Of a DNA stretch of 64,000 bases, positions 37,464 through 47,342 are shown one piece after another. The DNA is from Planctomycetota bacterium. GTDB lineage: Bacteria > Planctomycetota > UBA1135 > UBA2386. The position numbers were made by a program, and so were the translations under genes. Numbering within the stretch: position 1 is the stretch's first letter; every line of letters begins with the position of its first letter. Below the pieces are notes generated by a model. It was not told the DNA's origin. It saw nothing but the letters and a program-made list of their open reading frames with translations, and did no database searches. The DNA lies in assembly GCA_046290465.1 (NCBI GenBank), contig JBKAGP010000001.1, forward strand, positions 4,672,001 to 4,736,000. Direction: 5' to 3'.

Positions 37464-38942
37464 TCAGCGGCCGCCCCCGGGCACGCTCCGAGCCAGGATC
37501 TCGTCGAGCAGCTCGCGACTGCGTGGCGCCAGCGCCATGCTCTGCAGCCGCGTGCCGAGCCGCGCCAACGTGTTGGCGTCGCCGTGCTCGAGGTTCTGCA
37601 GCGCCAGCACCACCGCGGCGAGGTGCATCGGGTCACCGGCAACGGCCGGGTCGTCGAGCACCTGGTTGACCGCCGCCTCGGCCCCGGCGGCGTCGCCGTG
37701 CACCGTGTGCACGAACATCGCCTGGATGCGCACCTCGACCGACGGGTCGTTGTCGAGCGCCAGCTTCGCGATCGAGAGGCCGCGCTGGTCCGGCAGCATG
37801 CCGACGCCCATGACCAGCTCGCGGCGTAGCTGCGGGTGCGTGTCGGCGGCCAGGTGCTCGCGGTAGGCGTCGGCGACGACCTCGGGGGCGCGCACGCCGA
37901 TCGCCAGGAACGTGCCGCGCGTGTGCTGCAGCTGGGGCGACAGCTCGCGCAGGACCAGCAGCGCGTCGGCGGGCGCCAGTTCGCGGCCGGCCAGCTTCGC
38001 GATCGCCTGGGCCAGCGTCGGGTCGTCGCGTTCGCGCAGCCACGCGAGCGCCAGGCCGCGGTAGTGCGGGTCCGACAGCAGCTGCCGGCAGGCCGCGACG
38101 ACCTGACTCGGGTCGCTGTCGTCGAGCAGCACCAGCGCGAGCTGCGACAGTTCGGCCGAGCTGCGCGCGCCGGTCGCCTTCAGGTTGTCCCACAGGGTCA
38201 GCAGCATGCGGGTCGCGATCTCGCGCGAGAACGTGCCGTCGCTGGCCTGCTGCAGCAGGTGCAGGACCATCGGCTCGTGCGTCACCTGCAGGTAAGGGCG
38301 ATCGTGCAGCACGCGGTCGCCCATCTCCGCCGTGTTGGCCCCGATCGGCATCGAGTCGAGCACCGATCGGGTCAGCTCGTCGATCCGCGCCCGTTCGCCG
38401 AGTCGGGTGGCCTCGTCGTGGCGCCGCGCCAGCTCGGCCGCGAGCACCACCTGCAGCACGCCGAGCCGGATGTTCTCGCCGGGCAGCCGCCGCGCGCCCT
38501 CCGCGGCGTCGGGCATCGCGACCACCATCGCCAGCGCCCGGTCGCCGGCGTCGGCGAAGTCGCCGAGCAGCCGCTCGAGCACCTCACGGGCCTCGGCGTC
38601 CAGCTCGCGCGCCGCCTCGATCTCGTCGTCCTGCGCCAGCGCGGCGGTCCGGCCGCTGAGCACGCACAGCCGATCGACGACCTGCTCGAACGTCTGCTCC
38701 GGCGACCGCCCGGCTACCGGTCCGTCCGCAGGTCCTTGCAGCAACGCGGCTTCGCGCTGCGGCTGGTCGACCGCGGCAGGACCGGTCGGCCGTGGTGGCG
38801 GAGGCTCGCGCTGCTCGGCGGTCTCGGCAGCAGCCGGTGGCGTGGTCGTCGACCAGACGGCGACCCCGGCGATCACGCCCAGCAGCAGGGCGAACAACGA
38901 CAACAGGTGCGCGGTGCGCGACCCGGACTCTCTCTGCGACAT
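37464..38942 (-). CDS. Hypothetical membrane-anchored helical (HEAT-like) protein
   Basis: N-terminal TM, Leu/Ala-rich helices, DxDP.V repeats; GAGGAG RBS. Confidence 0.7.
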   Translation of the reverse strand: MSQRESGSRTAHLLSLFALLLGVIAGVAVWSTTTPPAAAETAEQREPPPPRPTGPAAVDQPQREAALLQGPADGPVAGRSPEQTFEQVVDRLCVLSGRTAALAQDDEIEAARELDAEAREVLERLLGDFADAGDRALAMVVAMPDAAEGARRLPGENIRLGVLQVVLAAELARRHDEATRLGERARIDELTRSVLDSMPIGANTAEMGDRVLHDRPYLQVTHEPMVLHLLQQASDGTFSREIATRMLLTLWDNLKATGARSSAELSQLALVLLDDSDPSQVVAACRQLLSDPHYRGLALAWLRERDDPTLAQAIAKLAGRELAPADALLVLRELSPQLQHTRGTFLAIGVRAPEVVADAYREHLAADTHPQLRRELVMGVGMLPDQRGLSIAKLALDNDPSVEVRIQAMFVHTVHGDAAGAEAAVNQVLDDPAVAGDPMHLAAVVLALQNLEHGDANTLARLGTRLQSMALAPRSRELLDEILARSVPGGGR

Positions 38943-39007
38943 CGACTCCTCCTCGAGGTGGACGCAGCGCCACCCCGGCGCCGCGTCCATCAGTGCGCGA
39001 CCGGGGG

Positions 39008-39454
39008 CTACGGCTCGACCGGCGTGGACGTCGGCGGCCACGGATCGCAGGCGACCGTCGTCATGCGCGGCAACGCCGCGCCCGCATGTCGGCGCTCGAG
39101 CGTGCAGGTCGAGTCCCACGGCACGAACAGCAGGTAGTCGCGCTCGCAGACGTAGTGGTAGACCTCGGTCGCGACCTGGCCCCAGATCCGCGTCTTGGTG
39201 CGGTTGCCGTTGGTCTGCGGCACCTCGACCTCGTGCGTCGGCACCTGGACCGCCAGCAGCGGGCAGCCCTGATTGGGGCCCGAGAACGTCGTGCCGCCGA
39301 TCGTGAAGCTGACCGAGCCGCACTTGACGAGGCCGAAGAACTGCACGTCGAGCGGCACGGTCTGCGCCTTCGTCTTGGGGCAGGTGTCCTGCGCGATCAC
39401 GGGGTTGGCGAACATCGCCGCGAGCGCGACGACACCGAAGAACATGTGCTTCAT
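39008..39454 (-). CDS. Small secreted Cys-rich protein
   Basis: AGGAG RBS, signal peptide VIA-Q, six Cys. Confidence 0.75.
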   Translation of the reverse strand: MKHMFFGVVALAAMFANPVIAQDTCPKTKAQTVPLDVQFFGLVKCGSVSFTIGGTTFSGPNQGCPLLAVQVPTHEVEVPQTNGNRTKTRIWGQVATEVYHYVCERDYLLFVPWDSTCTLERRHAGAALPRMTTVACDPWPPTSTPVEP

Positions 39455-39605
39455 CTCTCCTCCTTGCTGCGCGGAGCGGGTCGGGCCGCAGCCCGGCGGC
39501 GAAGGGCTCCGCTCCGACGCCGCCACCGTTACTGGGGCCCGCGATCGGCGGCGGTCGCAGCAAATCCGTCGAAACCGGTCGCCGCGCGGCCCGGCTGCCG
39601 GAGGA

Positions 39606-40580
39606 TCAGCCGGCCTGGATCTGCCGCCAGGCGGCTTCGATGCCCGGCGTCACGGGCCCGGCGCGCCAGTCCAGCTCGCGGTCGGCCTTGGCGCTCGAGT
39701 ACCACATGTGCCGCGCCGCGAGCTGCAGGATCTGGCTGGTGACCGGCGGTCGGCTGCCGAACATGCGTTCCTTCATGCGCAGCGCACGGGCTCCCGCCAG
39801 CACCATCGAACGCGGCGCGACGCGCCTCGGGGCCCTGCCGCCGACGACCGCAGCGATCCGTTCGAGCAGTTGCCGGCCGCTGAGGTTCTCGCCGCCGAGG
39901 ATGTAGCGTTCGCCGCTGCGGCCGCGCTCGAGCGCCGCGAGCATGCCGTCGCAGACGTCGTCGACGTTGGCGACGTTGGTGCCGCCCGGTGGCGCGATGC
40001 GCACGCGGCCCTGCATGACCGAGCCGAGCAGCGAGTCGTCGCCCTTGCGGCGGTCGCCGGCGCCGTACATCGACGGCGGGTTGACGATCACGACGTCGAG
40101 GCCGGTGCGGCACGCGTCGAGCGCGCGCTGCTCCGCCGCGAACTTGCTGTCGCTGTAGCCGATCCGCAGCGGGCCGAAGTTGAACGGCGTGCGTTCGTCG
40201 AGTTCGCGCGGTTCGTCGGTGAAGCCGACCGCCGAGATCGTCGAGACGTGCAGCAGGCGCCGGACGTCCGCCGCGCGGGCGAGCTGCGCCAGGCGCGCCG
40301 TGCCGTCGGCGTTGACCTCGAACATGCGCCGCCGGTCCTCGGGCCGGAACGACACGATCGCGGCGAGGTGCACGACGTGGTCGACCCCGCGCAGGCCGGC
40401 GGCGAGCGCGGCTTCGTCGTCGAGCCTTCCTTCGACGCGTTCGTGCGTAATGCTGGCGAACTGCGGCAGCTGCTGCCCCGGTCGCAACAGCAGGCGCAGA
40501 CGGTGCGTGCGCGCGAGGCGCGGCACCAGCGCGCGGGCGACGAAGCTGCTGGCGCCGGTCACGAAGCAGAGCGGGAGCAC
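39606..40580 (-). CDS. NAD-dependent epimerase/dehydratase (HpnA/DFR-like)
   Basis: VTGASSFVA, HLAA, YSDSK, VNP..MYG.GD. Confidence 0.88.
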   Translation of the reverse strand: MLPLCFVTGASSFVARALVPRLARTHRLRLLLRPGQQLPQFASITHERVEGRLDDEAALAAGLRGVDHVVHLAAIVSFRPEDRRRMFEVNADGTARLAQLARAADVRRLLHVSTISAVGFTDEPRELDERTPFNFGPLRIGYSDSKFAAEQRALDACRTGLDVVIVNPPSMYGAGDRRKGDDSLLGSVMQGRVRIAPPGGTNVANVDDVCDGMLAALERGRSGERYILGGENLSGRQLLERIAAVVGGRAPRRVAPRSMVLAGARALRMKERMFGSRPPVTSQILQLAARHMWYSSAKADRELDWRAGPVTPGIEAAWRQIQAG

Positions 40581-40633
40581 GCCGCGAAGATAGCGTCACG
40601 GCGGCCCGGACGTCATGCTGGATGCGGCGGCTG

Positions 40634-41929
40634 ATGCGGATCCTGCACACGGCAGACTGGCACCTGGGACACACGCTGCGCGACCACGCGCGCACGGCGG
40701 AGCACGCCCATTTCCTGTCGTGGCTCGTCGACACGGTGGTCGAGCGCCGCGTCGATGCAGTGCTGATCGCCGGCGACGTCTTCGACAGCGCCAACCCGCC
40801 GCCGGCGGCGTGGCGGATGTGGTTCGCGTTCCTCGGCGAGCTCAAGCAGAAGAAGCCCGACGTGCAGGTCGTCGTGATCGCCGGCAACCACGATTCGGCG
40901 GCGCGGCTCGAGGCCCCGCGCGAACTGCTGGCCGCGTTCGACGTGCGCGTCGTCGGCCGGCTCGGCCGCGCCGCCGACGGTGCGCTGAAGGTCGACGACG
41001 TGATCGTGCCGCTGCGGGACGCCAGCGGCGAGGTGGTGGCGCAGTGCGTCGCGATCCCGTTCTTGCGAGCCAGCGACGTGACCGGGCTGGCTCCGCGCGA
41101 CGACGAGCACGACGCCGAAGTGGTGCCGCGCCCGGTGGACCCCGGTCGCGACCCGTTGATCGACGGCATGCGCGCGCTGCACGAAGAGCTCTTCGCGGCG
41201 GCGCGGGACCGTCGCACGGACGGCCAGGCGCTGGTCGCGATGGCGCACGGCTACCTCGTCGGCGGCGCGCTCAGCGAACTCAGCGAGCGCAAGGTGCTCG
41301 GCGGCAACCAGCACGCGCTGCCGGTCGACCTGTTTCCGGACGATTGTGCCTACACGGCGCTCGGCCACCTGCACCGGCCGCAGGCGGTCGGCGGCGTGCA
41401 GCGCGACGAGGTGCGCTACTCCGGCTCGCCGATCCCGCTGTCGATGCCCGAACGGCTGCACGCGCACCACGTCGTGTTCTGCGACCTCGACGGCGCCGCC
41501 GTCGAGAAGATCTGGTCGCTGCGCACGCCGCGGCTGGTCGAGCTGGTCCGCCTGCCCGAGCGCGGCGAACTCGACCCCGACGCGGCGCTGCAGGCGGTCG
41601 AGGCGCTGCCGCCGCGCGACGACGAGATGGCCGACGACCTGCGGCCGTTGGTCGAGGTCGCGGTGCGGCTCGAGCAGCCGTCGCCGTCGGTTGCCGAGCG
41701 CATCGCGCGCGCGATCGCCGACCGCAACGCGCGGCTGGTGCGCGTCGAGGTGGTGCTCGCCGGCGGTCCGGACAGCGCCCCGGCGGCGCCGCGCGAACTG
41801 GCGTCGCTGCAGCCGGAGGAGGTGTTCGTGCGCCGCTACCGCAGGGACTTCGACGGCGACGTGCCGGCGCCGCTGCTGCGCGCGTTCCGCGAACTGCTCG
41901 ACGAGGTCGAGCACGGAGGCTCGGCGTGA
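40634..41929 (+). CDS. sbcD: Exonuclease SbcCD subunit D
   Basis: HTADWHLG, IAGDVFD, GNHDS, ALGHLH, YSGSP. Confidence 0.95.
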   Translation: MRILHTADWHLGHTLRDHARTAEHAHFLSWLVDTVVERRVDAVLIAGDVFDSANPPPAAWRMWFAFLGELKQKKPDVQVVVIAGNHDSAARLEAPRELLAAFDVRVVGRLGRAADGALKVDDVIVPLRDASGEVVAQCVAIPFLRASDVTGLAPRDDEHDAEVVPRPVDPGRDPLIDGMRALHEELFAAARDRRTDGQALVAMAHGYLVGGALSELSERKVLGGNQHALPVDLFPDDCAYTALGHLHRPQAVGGVQRDEVRYSGSPIPLSMPERLHAHHVVFCDLDGAAVEKIWSLRTPRLVELVRLPERGELDPDAALQAVEALPPRDDEMADDLRPLVEVAVRLEQPSPSVAERIARAIADRNARLVRVEVVLAGGPDSAPAAPRELASLQPEEVFVRRYRRDFDGDVPAPLLRAFRELLDEVEHGGSA

Positions 41930-44900
41930 GGATCCTCGCGATCCGGGGCGAGAACCTCGCCAGCCTGGCGCGCTCCTTCGCGGTCGAGATGGCCAGCGGT
42001 GAGCTGGCCGACGTCGGCCTGTTCGCGATCACCGGGCCGGTCGGCGCCGGCAAGAGCACGCTGCTCGACGCGCTGTGCCTGGCGCTGTTCGACCGCACGC
42101 CGCGGCTGAGCGGCCGCGGCGGCACGCTGATCGGCGACGACGGGCAGGACGAGAGCGACTGGCTGCGCGCCAACGACCCGCGCACGCTGCTGCGGCGCAA
42201 CGCGGTCGAAGGCCACGCCGAGGTCGACTTCGTCGGGCGCGACGGCGTCGTCTGCCGAGCGCGCTGGTCGGTGCGGCGCGCGCGGCGCAAGCCGGACGGG
42301 CGCCTGCAGGAGCAGGAGATGTCGCTGACCGACGTGCACCAGGACGTCGTCGTCGCCGGCGGCCGGCGCACCGAGGTGCTCGCGGCGATCCGCCAGCGGC
42401 TGGGACTGGAGTTCGGCCAGTTCTGTCGTTCGGTGCTGCTCGCACAGGGCGAGTTCCACGCGTTCCTGCACGCGCCGGCCCGCGAGCGCGCCCGGCTGCT
42501 CGAGACCCTGACCGGCGCGCAGATCTACCGGCGGCTGTCGCGCGCGGCGCACGAGAAGCGCGTCGAGCACGACAAGGCCGTCACCCGCATGCGCGGCCAG
42601 CTCGACCAGTGCGAGGTGCTCGAGGACGAGGCGCGGCAGCGGCTCGAACGCGACGTCGAGCGGCTCGACAAGCAGGTCGGCATCTGCGACGTCGGCATCA
42701 CGGTCGCGCGTCGCTACGTGCTGTGGCACCAGGACGCCGAGCAGCGGCGCGAGGCCGAGGACGAGGCCGCGCTGCGGTTGCGCGAGGCGATCGAACGCAA
42801 CGACGCGGCCGCCGAACGGCGCGAACTGCTGCGCACGCGGCAGCGCGCGATCGCCGCGGTGCCGCGCTTCGAGGTCGCCGAGCAGGCGCGTGCGCGGGTC
42901 GGCAAGCTCGACGGCGAGGTGCGGGCCTCGATCGCCGCACAGGATGCGGCCGAGGCGCGGGTCGCCGACGCCGAGCAGCAGCTGCGTTCGCTCGCCGAAC
43001 GGCACTTCGGGGCGGCGATCGCGATGCCGCGGCTCGTACGCGACCTCGGCCAGTGGGAGTCGTCGCTGCAGCGCTGGCACGCCAACGAACAGCGGCTGCG
43101 CGAGGCCGAGCAGGCGCTGCCGCAGCTGGCCGCGGAGGTGGCGACCTCGCAGCGCACGCTCGACGGGCTGCGCGACGGGGAGGCCGCGCTGCGCCAGGCG
43201 GCGCGCGAGGCCCAGGCCGCGGTCGAGCAGGCCGAACGGGCGCTCGGCGAAGCCGACTACGACCAGCTCGCCGAGCGGCGGCGTGCGCTGTCGACGCTGC
43301 GCGACGAACACCGCACGACCGAGGCGGCCCTGGTTGCCTGGCGGCAGGCCGATGCGGACTGCAGCGCGAAGCGCAAGGCCGCCGAGCAGGCTGCCGCCGC
43401 CCTCACGCAGCGCGAGCCCGAGCGCGCCGCGGCGCAGCAGGTCGTCGAGCGGTGTGCTGCCGAGCTCGCCGGACTGCGGCGCCGGATGCGCGCGGCCGAG
43501 CAGCAGCACGGTCTCGATGGCCTGCGGTCGCAGCTCGTCGACGGCGAGGCGTGTCCGCTCTGTGGATCGCCCGAGCATCCGGCCAAGGGCCATCGCCGCG
43601 ACGACGTCGACGAGCTGCGCGCGGCCCTCGAGGCCGCCGAGCAGGCTCACGACCGCGCCGTCGCCGACGCGGCGCGCGCCGAGAGCGAGTGGCAACGCGT
43701 CACCGCCGAGCGGGCACGGGCCGACGAGCACGCGCAGGCGGCGGCGGTGGCGCTGGCCGACCGGCGCGCCGCGTTCGCCCGGTTCGACGACCCGCTGCAG
43801 GCCACCGCCGACCTCGAGGCGCAGCTCGCTTCGTGGCAGCAGCAGGACCAGGAACTGGCCACCATCGAGGCCGACGCGCGCCGCCGTTCGCAGGTCGTGC
43901 GCGCCGCGCGGCAGCGGCGCAGCAAGGCCGAGCAGGAGCTGGCCACTCGCAGCGAGCAGCTGGCGGCGGCCGAGGCCGCGCTGCGCAAGCAGGTCGACGC
44001 CCACCGCGACGGCGAACGTCAGGTCGAGCGGCTGCGCGACGCGCTGGCCGAGCTGCGTCACGGCCTCTCGGCCGCGTGCGCGGGGCTGCCCGGCGGCGTG
44101 CAGGCGATCGAAGCGCTCGGGGCCGATCGGCTCGCGATCCTGCGCGTGCTGCACGAACGCGACCAGGCACACGTCGACGCCCTCGCCAAGGCGCGCGCCG
44201 CTGTGGCCGCCGTCGAGCAGGTGCGCGAGCGCGAGCAGCACGCGCGCGGCGAGCGCGAGCAGGCCGACGCGGCGCTGGCGACGGCCCTGTCGGTCAACTC
44301 GGTTAGCGAGCACGACGTCGCGGTGGCGCGGCGGCTCGGCGTCGATGCGCTGCGCGAAGAGGCGGACGCGCTCGAACAGCTCGCCGGCGACGTGCAGCGC
44401 TGCCGCACCGAGCTGGGCCTGCGGACCAGGCTGCGCCGCGAACACGAGGACCACCAGCGGCCGACGCTCGGCGCCGACGACGCGCTGCGTGCGCTCGACG
44501 ACGCGCAGAAGGACAAGGACCGCGTCGCGCGGCTGCTGCTCGACGCGCGCACGCGGCTGTCGTTCGACGACACGATGCGCAAGCGCCGCTCCGACCTGCT
44601 CCCCGGGCTGACGCGGGCCGAGCAGGAGTTCGAGACGTGGCGCGCGCTCGACGACCTGATCGGCAGCAGTGCCGGCGATGCGTTCGCGGTGTTCGCGCAG
44701 GCGCTGACGCTCGACCTGCTGCTGCTCGAGGCCAACCGCCGTCTCGAAGAACTGGCCCGCCGCTACCGGCTCGAGAAGAGCGTCGGTGGCGAGCTCGACT
44801 TCGTCGTCGTCGACCTCGACATGGGTGGCACGCGTCGCAGCCTGCACACGCTGTCCGGTGGCGAGACGTTCCTGGTGTCGCTGGCGCTGGCCCTGGCGCT

Positions 44901-45138
44901 GGCGACGCTGGCCGCGCCGCGCTCGCGGGTCGAGACGCTGTTCCTCGACGAGGGCTTTGGCACGCTCGACGCGCACAACCTCGAGATCGCGCTCGGTGCG
45001 CTCGACTCGCTGCAGGCGACCGGCTGCCAGGTCGGCATCATCAGCCACGTCGACGGCATCGCCGAGCGGATCGGCGCGGTGGTCGAGGTGCGGCCCGAGG
45101 GGTCGGGGCAGAGCCGGGTGGTTGCGCGAAGAGGCTGA
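41926..45138 (+). CDS. sbcC: Exonuclease SbcCD subunit C
   Basis: GPVGAGKST Walker A, LLAQG, CPLCG zinc hook, LSGGE, FLDEGFG; GTGA overlap with sbcD. Confidence 0.95.
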   Translation: MRILAIRGENLASLARSFAVEMASGELADVGLFAITGPVGAGKSTLLDALCLALFDRTPRLSGRGGTLIGDDGQDESDWLRANDPRTLLRRNAVEGHAEVDFVGRDGVVCRARWSVRRARRKPDGRLQEQEMSLTDVHQDVVVAGGRRTEVLAAIRQRLGLEFGQFCRSVLLAQGEFHAFLHAPARERARLLETLTGAQIYRRLSRAAHEKRVEHDKAVTRMRGQLDQCEVLEDEARQRLERDVERLDKQVGICDVGITVARRYVLWHQDAEQRREAEDEAALRLREAIERNDAAAERRELLRTRQRAIAAVPRFEVAEQARARVGKLDGEVRASIAAQDAAEARVADAEQQLRSLAERHFGAAIAMPRLVRDLGQWESSLQRWHANEQRLREAEQALPQLAAEVATSQRTLDGLRDGEAALRQAAREAQAAVEQAERALGEADYDQLAERRRALSTLRDEHRTTEAALVAWRQADADCSAKRKAAEQAAAALTQREPERAAAQQVVERCAAELAGLRRRMRAAEQQHGLDGLRSQLVDGEACPLCGSPEHPAKGHRRDDVDELRAALEAAEQAHDRAVADAARAESEWQRVTAERARADEHAQAAAVALADRRAAFARFDDPLQATADLEAQLASWQQQDQELATIEADARRRSQVVRAARQRRSKAEQELATRSEQLAAAEAALRKQVDAHRDGERQVERLRDALAELRHGLSAACAGLPGGVQAIEALGADRLAILRVLHERDQAHVDALAKARAAVAAVEQVREREQHARGEREQADAALATALSVNSVSEHDVAVARRLGVDALREEADALEQLAGDVQRCRTELGLRTRLRREHEDHQRPTLGADDALRALDDAQKDKDRVARLLLDARTRLSFDDTMRKRRSDLLPGLTRAEQEFETWRALDDLIGSSAGDAFAVFAQALTLDLLLLEANRRLEELARRYRLEKSVGGELDFVVVDLDMGGTRRSLHTLSGGETFLVSLALALALATLAAPRSRVETLFLDEGFGTLDAHNLEIALGALDSLQATGCQVGIISHVDGIAERIGAVVEVRPEGSGQSRVVARRG

Positions 45139-45324
45139 CGCGGCATACGCGCGACTGGTGGACGGTTCGAGATGTTGCTTGCGTTGCTGGGACGGGGGCG
45201 CACACCTGACGGAGATGGAGACGCTACGTGGGGCTACTGGCGCCTTGATGACGGCGCCACGACGTACAGGCTTCGGCAACGTGCAGCGCTCAGGTAGCGT
45301 GACGGTGACCTGCGGGGGGTGCGG

Positions 45325-45774
45325 TTGAGAGTCGTTGCGCTCGTCGCGGTCCTGTCTTCTCGCGGGCTTGGCTCTCGTGCTCCTGTGGCCCCAGCCCGAG
45401 GTCCCGACGTTCGTGGATCCGCCGGCCGCGCAGTCATGGCGTACCGATCCTCCATCGGTGCCGGCAACAGCCGATGTTCGTGAGCCGGCAATGGGCCACC
45501 AAGCGTCGGAGGCAGCGGATGCAGACGAGTCCTCCTCTGCTGAAGCAGTCGACCGATTCGGGCGGCCGCTGGATCCGATCGCCTTCCTGCATTCGATGAT
45601 CGGGACTATCCGGACAGCTTCGTCTTGCTGGATGAGTTGCGGGAGCTGCGTCTCGATGCACAGGAGGAGATGTGCAGGGTGGATCGGCGCGTCGTTGGCG
45701 GCTTGCGGGAAGGTCTGGTACTGGTGAAGCCCGCCGCGACGGTGCAGAGCCAGCGTGGCGCGGCTGGAGGCTGA
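45325..45774 (+). pseudogene. Possible frameshifted remnant of a membrane-anchored protein gene
   Basis: Protein-like text switches frame twice (RVVALVAVL / LAGLALVLLWPQ... / DDRDYPDSFVLLDELRELRL); AT-richer than neighbours. Confidence 0.3.
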
Positions 45775-45938
45775 AGCGGCGCGGGCTGGATCGCGTGGTT
45801 ACCGAACGGCTGTCCGGGGCTAGTCCGGGGTGCCGGTGGGACGTTCGTCCTCGGTGAGGAAGAAGGTCGCACCACGCCATTTGTCTGCCCCCGGCGAATG
45901 CTCTTCGAGGCTCCTTTCCCCAAGAAGGAGGCGCTCAA

Positions 45939-47303
45939 GTGCCCCGACCGATCCGTCTGTTGGCCGTCACCGCGCTTGCGGTGATCAGCGCGGAACTCTC
46001 CGCCCAGAACCGTTACCGCATCCGCAAACTGCGTTGCGAAGGGCTCGCCCACGGCGTGGCCTGGAGCATCGCCGACGACGGCACGGTCGTCGGCGAGATG
46101 CTCGACACAGCGGGGAGGCCGCATGCCGTGCGCTGGCGTGAAGGGGCCGGCGCGCAGTCGGCCGGCGAACAGCTGGCCGGCGCGGGCGGCAGCGAGGTCG
46201 GGGTCGCGTACTGGACAGGAACGGCCGGTGCGATCGCCGGCGCGACGGGCCTCGGCCTCTCGCGCACGTCGGCGACCGTCTGGCTGCCAGGAGATGGGGA
46301 AGGTCTGCGCGCGGTCGATCTCGGCGCGCTCACCGGTGCGTTCGGTTCGGCGGCGCTCGCCGTCGGCCACGATCGCGCGGTGGGCTTCGTCGACGACGGC
46401 CTGCAGGGCACGCCGATGCTGTGGCACGACCTGTCGTCGAAGCCCACGCCGATGGCGCTGCCGATGCCCGCATGGGCGTTCGCCGGGGAGGCGGTCGCGA
46501 TGCTGCACGCCGAGGCCGCGGTCGGCTTCGTCGCCGACTTCGGATCGGTGCAGCCGGTCGTCTGGCGGCTCGCCGGTCCCCAGCCGAAACTGCACGTGCT
46601 GCCGACGGCCGGCGGCCAGGGCATGGTCCAGGCCGCGCGGGGCGGCACCGCGGTCGGCGTGGTCTGGCCGCCGCTCTCGGGTCGGGCACACCTCGCGACG
46701 TGGGCCGACGGCGAACTCGACGACCTCGGCAACCTGCCGGGCACCGACTGCTACGGCCGCGCGGTCAACCGCCGCGGCGACGTCGTCGGCTACGCGCGCA
46801 CCTACTCGCTGCCGGCCTACGTCGGCGTGATGAAGCTGCGCGGCCAGCCGGTCGTCGACCTCAACGAACTGTTGCCGCCGAACTCCGGCTGGACGATCGC
46901 GCGCGCGCTCGACATCTCGGACGACGGCGTGATCGTCGGCACCGGCGTCTTCGACGGCTTCTACGAGCCGTTCGTGATGGTGCCCGAAGGCGTCGCGCTG
47001 GCCGCGCCCGCGCCAGGCATCGCCGGCGCCAACAACGAAATCACCGTGGACGGCGCCTCGCCGCTCGGGTCCGTGATCCATTGTGTTGCGCTCATGAGTG
47101 GGAACGCGCCGGTGCCCGGTTGCGATGCGAGGCTCGACCTCGACTCGCCGCTGGTGTTCGGCGTGATCGAGGCGGACACGAGTGGTCGGGCGTCGTTCCC
47201 GGTGTTCGTTCCGGCGGTGCTGCGCGGCATCCCGCTGCGGTTCCAGGCCTTCGACCATTCGATCTGCGAGCCGAGCAACGTGGTGCCGTTCGCGTTCCGG
47301 TGA
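45939..47303 (+). CDS. Secreted HAF-repeat-like beta-propeller protein with C-terminal beta-sandwich
   Basis: AGGAGG RBS, signal peptide; A.SI.DDG.VVG, DLG.L.G, DLNELLP..SGW repeats. Confidence 0.78.
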   Translation: MPRPIRLLAVTALAVISAELSAQNRYRIRKLRCEGLAHGVAWSIADDGTVVGEMLDTAGRPHAVRWREGAGAQSAGEQLAGAGGSEVGVAYWTGTAGAIAGATGLGLSRTSATVWLPGDGEGLRAVDLGALTGAFGSAALAVGHDRAVGFVDDGLQGTPMLWHDLSSKPTPMALPMPAWAFAGEAVAMLHAEAAVGFVADFGSVQPVVWRLAGPQPKLHVLPTAGGQGMVQAARGGTAVGVVWPPLSGRAHLATWADGELDDLGNLPGTDCYGRAVNRRGDVVGYARTYSLPAYVGVMKLRGQPVVDLNELLPPNSGWTIARALDISDDGVIVGTGVFDGFYEPFVMVPEGVALAAPAPGIAGANNEITVDGASPLGSVIHCVALMSGNAPVPGCDARLDLDSPLVFGVIEADTSGRASFPVFVPAVLRGIPLRFQAFDHSICEPSNVVPFAFR

Positions 47304-47342
47304 GCAACGAGGACGCGACGCGGCGCGCGTCGTCGCGGTAGC

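Noticed and set aside
40615..45138. 1507-aa SbcC or SbcD-SbcC fusion
   Set aside because: The N-terminal extension is an off-frame overlap of sbcD; the real start is GTG 41926
41836..45279. Very long antisense or alternate-frame ORFs (also 17238-20114, 45606-49160, 60331-63033 and the 5' extensions of many ORFs)
   Set aside because: Typical high-GC shadow ORFs opposite or overlapping well-supported genes, with Arg/Ala/Pro-rich low-information translations
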